A DNA stretch of 17,069 nucleotides from an uncultured bacterium. Its GTDB lineage: Bacteria; JAJVIF01; JAPKYR01. Every line of letters starts with the position of its first letter. The first letter of the stretch is position 1. Positions 1 to 7,004 of the stretch are shown here, one piece after another. A program made the translations under genes and the position numbers. The stretch lies in NCBI GenBank assembly GCA_965369865.1, contig CBDURU010000083.1, positions 1-17,069 of the forward strand, in the 5' to 3' direction. A model generated the notes under the pieces. That model had not been told where the DNA came from. It saw only the letters and a program-made list of their open reading frames with translations, and ran no database searches.

Positions 1-1
1 G

Positions 2-931
2 ATGCGTCGTACTCCCCTGCCAGTCATAGACATCGATGAGAAGCTTCGTTTGTCCTCCAAAGTCGGTCAGGCCATTAACAGGCTCCTCAGTTACAACAAC
101 CTTCCATGGCTCGGTGCAATTTGCGTTTATATCAAAATCGGTCAGCGGATCATCAACCGGTGATGTGATAGGTGGCAATCTGCTAACGTCGACCGCGTAA
201 CCGATCACAAAAGACCCGGTTGGAAGTTGCAGTGAAAATGTCTGCACATCGGACGATCCGGCATAAAACGCGTTACGATTATTCAATGGATCGTCGGTCA
301 TAAAATATTTATATCCATTGATGTCCGAATCCGGGATCACCCACGTTGCCAGTTCTCCGGGGAAATATTTTTGGAAATCTCCGGCAGGTGCCGTGACGGT
401 TGACCCATTGTACAAGGCTGTGTAACCATCAGGATTGAGAACCGCGCCATCGCCGAGAGTCGGATCGGAAGTTGATTTTCCACAGATCGGAAACTCATGG
501 CTCCCATTGAACATAATTATCCCCCTTACATCGAAAACTGACATATCCAGGTCAGTCCATGGATGTTCGATAAGAATATCTATATTCAGTTTATCAGGTT
601 CAGGGAAATCGAATCCGACGACCCTGAAGCAGTCTGCACATGGGCTTACTTCGAGAAACTTCAGTACGTTAAGGTGAAATTCTCCCTCACGTACCGGGAT
701 AACCTCAAATTGAGAACCGTCAGGATGGTTCGGGTCGACGAAAATGTAACCGTATTGCATGAGGTAATGTCCGGCACCATCAGAATTCGCGTCCGTTTCT
801 TCTCTGACTGTCAAATCTGGCGAAGAATCAGAATTATCCGGAGAAACCGGTTGAGTCGAATTTCCTGCACAACCGCATATGAATATCCCTGCGATTAAAA
901 TCAAAAAAATGCTTCGCTGTGAAAAGCCCAT
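2..931 (-). CDS. Secreted lipoprotein of unknown function, 3'-truncated by the window edge (at least 310 aa); absent from the supplied ORF track
   Basis: Hand translation from ATG at 931 is open to position 2: MGFSQRSIFLILIAGIFICG-C-AGNSTQPVSP...HLNVLKFLEVSPCADC...FDVRGII...LNPDGYT...GYAVDVS...ANCTEPW...IDVYDWQG. Lipobox-like ICGC follows a hydrophobic stretch. SD GGAGGT (939-944) lies 7 nt upstream. Confidence 0.88.
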   Translation of the reverse strand, partial: MGFSQRSIFLILIAGIFICGCAGNSTQPVSPDNSDSSPDLTVREETDANSDGAGHYLMQYGYIFVDPNHPDGSQFEVIPVREGEFHLNVLKFLEVSPCADCFRVVGFDFPEPDKLNIDILIEHPWTDLDMSVFDVRGIIMFNGSHEFPICGKSTSDPTLGDGAVLNPDGYTALYNGSTVTAPAGDFQKYFPGELATWVIPDSDINGYKYFMTDDPLNNRNAFYAGSSDVQTFSLQLPTGSFVIGYAVDVSRLPPITSPVDDPLTDFDINANCTEPWKVVVTEEPVNGLTDFGGQTKLLIDVYDWQGSTTH

Positions 932-1029
932 TAGTATTACCTCCCTGAACTAACTGTTAACAAAGAAAATTATATTTCTGAATTACCATGCTTTGATAAT
1001 AAGTATACCTTATATTGGGAAAATAGGAA

Positions 1030-1288
1030 GTAGCCCGGAAATGCACTTTCCGGGTTCCACTAATAAATCTCTCGATGCCTTGTCGCAGTGATTCATTCTC
1101 CAGTCCCTATTTTTTCATTATACCATGCGCCAATCACCCTAAAACATGTCCTAATAGCTCGTAGCCCGGATATGCACTTTCCGGGTTCCATTAATAATTT
1201 TCTCGATGCCTTGTCGCCGTGAATCATTCTCCAGTCCCTATTTTTCCATTATACCATGCGCCAATCACCCCCAAACATGTCCTAATAG
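1030..1288. repeat. Tandem direct repeat, 2 copies, 131-bp period (1030-1157, 1161-1288), each opening with GTAG plus a REP-like hairpin
   Basis: Manual alignment gives 9 mismatches in 128 nt. Units begin GTAG-CCCGGA(A/T)A-TGCAC-TTTCCGGG. Confidence 0.95.
1117..1125 (-). promoter_or_regulatory. Extended -10 promoter TGGTATAAT in repeat copy 1 (identical site at 1248-1256 in copy 2)
   Basis: Perfect TGnTATAAT on the minus strand, pointing toward the lipoprotein gene at 931. No good -35 seen. Confidence 0.5.
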
Positions 1289-1420
1289 TAAGTGAAGGGA
1301 TGTTTTTACGCACAGACTTAGGCCAGGTCTGTGATTTATACAATCATTTACAACGGAACCCGGCGCGTGATTTCCAGCTCTTGAAGCTGAGCGCTAGTAA
1401 CCCATTTACGCCTCCTTCGG

Positions 1421-1491
1421 TCCGCCACAGCCGTAGCGAAGGCGGAGAAGTTTTACGGCTTGACACCCGCCGTAGCTTATGCGAAAGCGGG
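1421..1491 (+). repeat. Two 26-nt direct copies of a CCGCC..AGC....GCGAA(G/A)GCGG palindromic REP-like unit
   Basis: TCCGCCACAGCCGTAGCGAAGGCGGA (1421-1446) and CCCGCCGTAGCTTATGCGAAAGCGGG (1466-1491). Confidence 0.75.
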
Positions 1492-1567
1492 AAGTAACAA
1501 GGGAAGCCTGCCACACCCAGTCAATGCCGGGGCAAGTCAGTAGTCGATTGCACATGGCTGCTTGTCA

Positions 1568-1619
1568 GGGTGCCGCCCGTACGCGAAGTTCGGCGTAAGC
1601 CGAACGGAGCTTATGGGTG
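1568..1619 (+). repeat. GGGTG(G/C)-footed hairpin element, copy 1 of 4 in the window
   Basis: GGGTGC + CGCCCGTACGC / GCTTATGGGTG stem enclosing the inner hairpin GTTCGGC-GTAA-GCCGAAC. Homologous to 5260-5311. Confidence 0.85.
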
Positions 1620-1754
1620 ATCATCACTGATCAATCGCGCGTCGGGTTCCAGAAAATATCAAAAAACGAGAAGGATAACAACCAGGAATACACCATAAAA
1701 CCGGGGACAACCGCGGGAAGCAGCAAGGTTAATCATGTACTGAATAACCATTTT

Positions 1755-3029
1755 TTACAGCACTATCGTCATCTCTTCCCCCGAACCGATCGGAACAGTC
1801 ATGCTCGCAAGGCTTGGATGATTCTGCATGCCCTCTACATATAGTTTTAATTCTTCCTTATGGCTGATCACATTATCCGCGATCAGCAACCCGCCCCTGC
1901 GCAGGCGCCACAGTATCGGTTCTGTTAAGTCCTGGTAGAACTCCTTATCACAATCCAGGAAGACAAGGTCGTACTGATCCGTCAGCGTCGGTAACACCTC
2001 GAGCGCGTCTCCATGAATTACCTCCACCCGATCACCGACGCCTGCCTTAACGAATGTATCTTTTGCCATTCTGACTTTTTCCGCGTCCATATCAATTGTT
2101 GTGAGCATTCCCCCCTGCCCGTCCCCATGGTCAAGCGCGGATGCGATCCATGTGCCCGAATAACCGCTCGACGCGCCTATTTCAAGCACATGCTCGGCCT
2201 TCATCGCGCGAACAATCATCCACAGAAATTGACCCGTAGCGGGTGGTATCGCCCAGAGTTTGCTTCCGGGTTTTCGATTTTTAATTTCAAGATCGCTAAG
2301 GACATCGAACGCTTTCCGTCCGACGATTCTCTCATCGGTTGGATACGGATAAATTTCGGAATCGCCTGCAAGCTTCGAGGCAAATACAACTCCCTCTCCA
2401 AGCGGGAAATTCACGACTGCGGCGGACCGGGTCGTGAAAAATTCGTTCAGGAAATTGCTCGCGGCCTCGTCACCCTGGAATGTATCGATCAGGATCAAAA
2501 GGCCGCCCGGCTCGAGCGTATCCCAGGCGTACGAGATACGTTCCGCCCAATCCCCTTCAGCCATCGTGACAACGACAAGGTCACATAACCTGGGTGTTTC
2601 CTCTATGAGGACATCAGGTTCAGTTAAATCCGCAGGCGCAATTACACTGTCCTCACTTTTTCTGTGCCATATCGGGTCGGAACTAAAAAGGTTGACATTT
2701 GGGGAAAGGCGGGCACGGGATAACGCGTTTCTCAGTTTATCAAGGCGTCTGGGGTTTGATTCCCACGATATAACCTCACCATCGACCTGGCTGGCCGCGC
2801 CTGCAAGCCATATTGTCGAGCTACTGGCCCCACTGCTGCCGGAAAGTTCGACACAACGTTTTCTACTGGTTGAACGAGCGAGAATATAAAGAAAAAGCCC
2901 TACCTCATCAGATATAACGCGAAAGCGCTCCCACTCGGGCACGCCCTCAATATCCTCATCCGATGCACGATGAGCGCATTCTTCAATAATCCCCCTGAAA
3001 TACGCCGGTAGCGAAGATTCACCATTCAT
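1755..3029 (-). CDS. Tandem-domain class I SAM-dependent O-methyltransferase (CCoAOMT/YrrM-like) with degenerate N-terminal and intact C-terminal domains
   Basis: C-terminal half: TGQFLWMIV, VLEIGASSGYSGTW, LTTIDMD, GDALEVL, DLVFLDCDKEFY, GGLLIADNV, VPIGSG. The N-terminal half repeats the layout: VGLFLYIL, VELSGSSGASSSTIWLA, LEPGGLLILID, FPLGEG. Confidence 0.88.
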   Translation of the reverse strand: MNGESSLPAYFRGIIEECAHRASDEDIEGVPEWERFRVISDEVGLFLYILARSTSRKRCVELSGSSGASSSTIWLAGAASQVDGEVISWESNPRRLDKLRNALSRARLSPNVNLFSSDPIWHRKSEDSVIAPADLTEPDVLIEETPRLCDLVVVTMAEGDWAERISYAWDTLEPGGLLILIDTFQGDEAASNFLNEFFTTRSAAVVNFPLGEGVVFASKLAGDSEIYPYPTDERIVGRKAFDVLSDLEIKNRKPGSKLWAIPPATGQFLWMIVRAMKAEHVLEIGASSGYSGTWIASALDHGDGQGGMLTTIDMDAEKVRMAKDTFVKAGVGDRVEVIHGDALEVLPTLTDQYDLVFLDCDKEFYQDLTEPILWRLRRGGLLIADNVISHKEELKLYVEGMQNHPSLASMTVPIGSGEEMTIVL

Positions 3030-3046
3030 ATCTGTAAAATAATTAG

Positions 3047-3655
3047 TCAGCGACCTGGGTCAAATCCCGGAATTTCAACGGGAATTATCAGCACATTCTG
3101 CATGTGTGCGTCTCCACGCTTGTTAGTCACGATAATTGATAAGCCGCCCTCTTCCCAGGTCACGTAGTTGTATGTGAATATGTATGTAATGTCGTCTTCG
3201 TAACCTGAAAGCCGCCCTTGGAATGGAATCTGGGTCTGCTCTGTTGTTTTAATCTGATAAAAGGAAAGTTCCGATCCTGTTGCCCTTATTTTTATCAGGG
3301 CTTCCACGGTCTGTTCGTGGAAAAGGTAGACCGGGGTTCCCGATTCGTACAATTCACCATCGAGGTAAACTTCGATATTTATTTCAGGTTCAACGACTCT
3401 GGTAGCACCGGAATCGTCATCGGTTGTCCCTGTTGATTCATCATCAGAATCCGCGCCGTCAACCGGTTCTTCATCTTCTGGTTCGACTGGATCCCAGTCA
3501 GCGTCCGGGACAATTATTCGTCCACCGGAATTTGAATCATCGCCTTCATCAGAATTGTTACCCGAATCATTCGTACTCGCCCCCGCGCACCCACCGATTA
3601 TGAGTGCCAGAAAGACAAATGATACGAGAAGTAAAATATTTCTATACTTGTTCAT
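3047..3655 (-). CDS. Hypothetical lipoprotein with an acidic low-complexity N-terminal linker
   Basis: MNKYRNILLLVSFVFLALIIGG-C signal/lipobox, a D/E/S/G-rich stretch, then a beta-rich C-terminal domain. AGGAG upstream. 17-nt gap to the methyltransferase suggests an operon. Confidence 0.85.
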   Translation of the reverse strand: MNKYRNILLLVSFVFLALIIGGCAGASTNDSGNNSDEGDDSNSGGRIIVPDADWDPVEPEDEEPVDGADSDDESTGTTDDDSGATRVVEPEINIEVYLDGELYESGTPVYLFHEQTVEALIKIRATGSELSFYQIKTTEQTQIPFQGRLSGYEDDITYIFTYNYVTWEEGGLSIIVTNKRGDAHMQNVLIIPVEIPGFDPGR

Positions 3656-3692
3656 GGCCGGGGAACTCTCCTTCTGTGTTCAGACATTGTAG

Positions 3693-3701
3693 ATTGTACC
3701 A
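3693..3701 (-). promoter_or_regulatory. Putative extended -10 (TGGTACAAT) for the lipoprotein-methyltransferase operon
   Basis: TGgTACAAT on the minus strand about 40 nt upstream of ATG 3655. Confidence 0.5.
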
Positions 3702-3771
3702 GATAGCAGAGAAAATATGGGAAAAGTCTCGAGAGATCTTTACGTAATGCCAGACACTACGAATCATAACT

Positions 3772-3800
3772 TTGTTCAGGTTAAACACATCTGGTAGAAT
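3772..3800 (+). promoter_or_regulatory. Putative sigma70 promoter TTGTTC-17nt-TAGAAT with extended TG
   Basis: TTGTTC 3772-3777, 17-nt spacer ending TGG, TAGAAT 3795-3800. ATG 3814 follows with no SD. Confidence 0.55.
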
Positions 3801-3813
3801 GATCCAATTCATT

Positions 3814-5214
3814 ATGAACTACGAACCGATAAAAGATGCCCCACCCGGGCTAACAATCGCCGACAGTGCCGTTGTCGGACTTCGGGCGTCATGGACTGTC
3901 CTGGAACACGATCATTTCGATCCCTTCCCTCAACCGGAATCCATGCGGTCGCTGGCGAAATTTCTAAACCGCCTTCCCGCGTCATGGCGGATAAAAATCG
4001 CGGATTATATCAGCGTCTCGATCAGCCATCCGCATACGGATTTTGAGAAAATCGATCCGGAATCTTCCGCCGAATGGGTTATCTCGGGTTTTACAAGGGA
4101 AAAATACCCGGGTGTTATTTTAGGCGCGCCGGGATTGGCGGCTGCTTTTTTATCCGGTATTACCGGTTATCCATACCTTCCCCAACCCCTCCTGTATAAC
4201 GCAAGAAGGGATATGTCCAAAGACGACGCCCAGGCCTACCTTGACGCCGGACGAGAAATCGCCGAACCTCTCGTGAAAAAATTTAATGATATCGAGGCCA
4301 CCATCCATTTCGATCCTGTCCACGATAGATTCCTGATCGGAAGGGTGGTTTTCGTTCGCCTGAAATATTTAACACTCCCTTCAGCATACCGGAAATTTAT
4401 GAAGGAAAGGCTCGAACCCGGTTCGCCTGTAATTCTCCTCGATTGCCGGTTTAAATGGCTCAGGACCGAAATCGCGGATCGTCTGTATTTTCAGCTTGGA
4501 GGACTCGGCGGGATATCCCCGGGAGAAATGCTCGAGGATTCAGAAGTTTTAAGGACCTACAGAAAAAGATGGGGCGCGACAAATGACGCAAACTGGAAAG
4601 CCAAAGGGAAATACACCGAGGGTCCTGAAAGCGAATGGGGATCGACAGGGACTTTTCTTGAGGAAGCAAACCGGTTGGCATCGGAAACAGGCAACAAGCC
4701 GATTATGGTCAGCCATAACCATCCCGGTGACTTAACTAAACTTGTTACAAATCTCTACCTGAATCAGTGGAAAGGCGCCGGTAAACCACGCGATGCCTAT
4801 ATCGGCGTTTTTACCCATACCGAACCACGATTCCCCTTAGTAACCGGCGCGATCCCGATCTGGCTTCCATTTATAACCGATGACAATATCCCCCTGCTGA
4901 AATCGATCCTCTCTGACTGGAAATCAAACGATCGGGACGGTACCGCTTTTATTTCCCTCCACCCATCCTTCTGCTCTCCCCCGGACCTGGTACAACTTGA
5001 AACCTGGCGAACCATTCTCGAAAAATATTTTAATAAAGTGGAATTTCCCGGTGTTGATCCCGGGCGATATCCATCCGATCTAGGAAGTTATGTCGCCGTA
5101 TATCCCGAAATAACAAAAGCCGCTCGAGAGAACTCATTCGACGGAGAGCCATTCAAAACCCCGAATTACGACGACCTGATAAAAATATTCGGAGAGAATC
5201 AAGGTATTGTATGA
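3814..5214 (+). CDS. Conserved hypothetical protein (about 466 aa), function unknown
   Basis: Long ORF with globular composition (YPGVILGAPG, PYLPQ, HFDPVHDR, FQLGGLGG, PESEWG). Start moved from the track's TTG 3772 to ATG 3814 because the TTG overlaps the predicted -35. Confidence 0.85.
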   Translation: MNYEPIKDAPPGLTIADSAVVGLRASWTVLEHDHFDPFPQPESMRSLAKFLNRLPASWRIKIADYISVSISHPHTDFEKIDPESSAEWVISGFTREKYPGVILGAPGLAAAFLSGITGYPYLPQPLLYNARRDMSKDDAQAYLDAGREIAEPLVKKFNDIEATIHFDPVHDRFLIGRVVFVRLKYLTLPSAYRKFMKERLEPGSPVILLDCRFKWLRTEIADRLYFQLGGLGGISPGEMLEDSEVLRTYRKRWGATNDANWKAKGKYTEGPESEWGSTGTFLEEANRLASETGNKPIMVSHNHPGDLTKLVTNLYLNQWKGAGKPRDAYIGVFTHTEPRFPLVTGAIPIWLPFITDDNIPLLKSILSDWKSNDRDGTAFISLHPSFCSPPDLVQLETWRTILEKYFNKVEFPGVDPGRYPSDLGSYVAVYPEITKAARENSFDGEPFKTPNYDDLIKIFGENQGIV

Positions 5215-5220
5215 GATTCA

Positions 5221-5247
5221 GGTGCGCCGGCTTTCCAGCCGGCATCC
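5221..5247. repeat. GC-rich REP-like hairpin directly after the stop codon; possible terminator
   Basis: GGTGC-GCCGGCT-TTCC-AGCCGGC-ATCC; 7-bp stem at 5226-5243, followed by ATTAATTAA. Confidence 0.55.
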
Positions 5248-5259
5248 ATTAATTAAGGC

Positions 5260-5370
5260 GGGTGGCGCCAACATGCGACGTTTGGCATCCTGCCGAACGA
5301 GCTTGTTGGTGATCTGTTTTGTTCGAGTGCACCAATAAGCTTCGCAGGGCTCAGCATATTGGCGGCACCC
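5260..5370. repeat. Inward-facing pair of GGGTG(G/C)-footed hairpin elements (copies 2 and 3; REPIN/BIME-like) between convergent genes
   Basis: + copy 5260-5311: GGGTGG-CGCCAACATGC...GCTTGTTGGTG. - copy 5370-5330: GGGTGC-CGCCAATATGC...GCTTATTGGTG. Confidence 0.85.
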
Positions 5371-5435
5371 GGCGAGTAGGATTTAGTCGTCGTGGGTCCT
5401 AGTCTTATTCGACAAACGGTATCTAAAGCCTTTAG

Positions 5436-6968
5436 TTACGGATTAAACCGCGCGATGAAGAAATCGTTATTACCATTGGAAGTCAGGACTGTCTGGTTCG
5501 GCTCACCCGGTCCGAATGTAGCGGATCTTTCAAACGACCCTGTCACGACTATCGAATTGTCTGAAAGCGTCGTGATTGCATAGCCACAATCTTCGGAAGA
5601 TGATCCGGCGCATTTCGCCCATTCGAGAGTGCCATCCGGGTTGTATCGCGCGATGAATATATTGCTATCTCCAACGGAAGTCAGGACTGTCTCGTTCGGT
5701 TCGCCCGGTCCGAATGTGGCAGAATTTGTAAACCGCCCTGTCACGACTGTCGAATTATCCGAAAGCGTAGTGATTTCTATGCCCTCATTATAATATTCAG
5801 CAGGTCCTCCGGAACGCTTAGCCCATGCGAGTGTACCGTCCGGGTTATAACGCGCGATGAAGATATCCCGACCTCCGGCTGAAGTCAGGATTGTCTGGTT
5901 CGGTTCGCCCGGTCCGAAAGTGGCTGATTCTGTAAAATCCCCTATCATGACTGTCGAATTGTCTGAAAGTGTTGTGATTCCATTGCCCCCATCGAACTTC
6001 GCTCCTCCGGCGCGTTTTGCCCACACGAGTGTGCCGTCCGGGTTGTAACGCGCGATGAAAATATCTTTCCATCTTTCGGCAGTCAGGATTGTCTGGTTCG
6101 GCTCGTCAGGTCCGAATGTTCCCGATACTTCAAACATCCCAGTCACGACTATCGTATTATCCGAAAGAGCCGTGATTCCATTGCCATAATCACTGCTGTA
6201 TGCTCCTCCGGCTCGTTTCGCCCAGGCGAGTGTGCCATCCGGGTTGTAAAGCGCGATGAAAATATCCAAATCTCCAGTGGAAGTCAGGATTGTCTGGTTC
6301 GTCTCGCCTGGTCCGAATGTGACCGAGTCCCTAAAATCTCCAATAATGACTGTTGAATTGTCCGAAAGTGTTGTGATTCCATTGCCCAGTTCAGTAGATG
6401 CTCCTCCTGCGCGTTTCGCCCAGGCGAGTGTACCGTCCGGATTGTAGCGCGCGATGAAGATATCGTAGCCTCCAGCGGGAGTCAGGACTGTCTGGTTCGG
6501 CTCTCCTGGTCCAAAAGTACACGATTCTCTAAATGCTCCTGTTACTACTGTCGAATCGTCCGAACGTGTCGTGATTGCATTGCCCCAATCACCGGAAGCT
6601 CCTCCGGCCCGTTTCGCCCAGGCGAGTGTGCCGTCAGGGTTGTAACGCGCGATGAAGATATCGGTATCATACTTACCACCAGCGGAAGTCAGGATTGTCT
6701 CATTCGGCTCGTCCGGTCCGAATGTGGCCGATCCAAAAAACGATCCTGTTACGACAGTCGAATTATCCGAAAGCGTCGTGATTCCATTGCCCTGTTCAGC
6801 GTCATATAATCCTCCAGCGTTCTTAACCCAGATAAGATCACCACTTCCTAAGGGACCTGTGGCCTGACCGGCCTGCTTCACTTTTGTAAGATTACTGCTC
6901 CCTGGGCAACCCGTGATCAGAATCACCAGCAAACCCGCAAGTAAACATTTTTTTATAACTATAGCCAT
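5436..6968 (-). CDS. Lipoprotein with seven ~66-aa repeats, predicted 7-bladed beta-propeller (SBBP-like)
   Basis: Seven copies of LAWAKRAGG..x..GNGITTLSDNSTVVTG.F..SATFGPGEPNQTILT....DIFIARYNPDGT. Start reassigned from 7178 to ATG 6968 (MAIVIKKCLLAGLLVILITG-C lipobox), which has a promoter just upstream. Confidence 0.9.
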   Translation of the reverse strand: MAIVIKKCLLAGLLVILITGCPGSSNLTKVKQAGQATGPLGSGDLIWVKNAGGLYDAEQGNGITTLSDNSTVVTGSFFGSATFGPDEPNETILTSAGGKYDTDIFIARYNPDGTLAWAKRAGGASGDWGNAITTRSDDSTVVTGAFRESCTFGPGEPNQTVLTPAGGYDIFIARYNPDGTLAWAKRAGGASTELGNGITTLSDNSTVIIGDFRDSVTFGPGETNQTILTSTGDLDIFIALYNPDGTLAWAKRAGGAYSSDYGNGITALSDNTIVVTGMFEVSGTFGPDEPNQTILTAERWKDIFIARYNPDGTLVWAKRAGGAKFDGGNGITTLSDNSTVMIGDFTESATFGPGEPNQTILTSAGGRDIFIARYNPDGTLAWAKRSGGPAEYYNEGIEITTLSDNSTVVTGRFTNSATFGPGEPNETVLTSVGDSNIFIARYNPDGTLEWAKCAGSSSEDCGYAITTLSDNSIVVTGSFERSATFGPGEPNQTVLTSNGNNDFFIARFNP

Positions 6969-7004
6969 TGTGCTACCACCATCCAATATTGAATATAAAA
7001 TGAA

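Larger units (their letters stand above)
1355..1650 (+). other. 296-nt segment bounded by 18-bp inverted repeats; candidate structured ncRNA or REPIN/MITE-like element
   Basis: GGAACCCGGCGCGTGATT (1355-1372) pairs with AATCGCGCGTCGGGTTCC (1633-1650). The two non-Watson-Crick positions are G-U pairs on the + strand. TACAAT lies just upstream at 1339-1344. Confidence 0.55.

Noticed and set aside
435..898. + strand ORFs 435-677 and 563-898
   Set aside because: Antisense to the minus-strand lipoprotein, which has an SD, a lipobox and a longer frame.
1030..1288. CRISPR array or IS terminal repeats
   Set aside because: The 128-nt units are homologous end to end, direct rather than inverted, and no transposase is present.
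1219..1844. + strand ORFs 1219-1497 and 1617-1844 (also 16658-16891)
   Set aside because: They run through repeat or hairpin DNA or overlap real genes, with no SD or recognisable motifs.
5436..6840. Diversity-generating retroelement target
   Set aside because: No reverse transcriptase or non-coding template repeat in the window, and the variation includes indels spread over all blades.
5392..6867. Four similar small + strand ORFs (5392, 5857, 6256, 6652)
   Set aside because: Antisense shadows of the repeated propeller blades.
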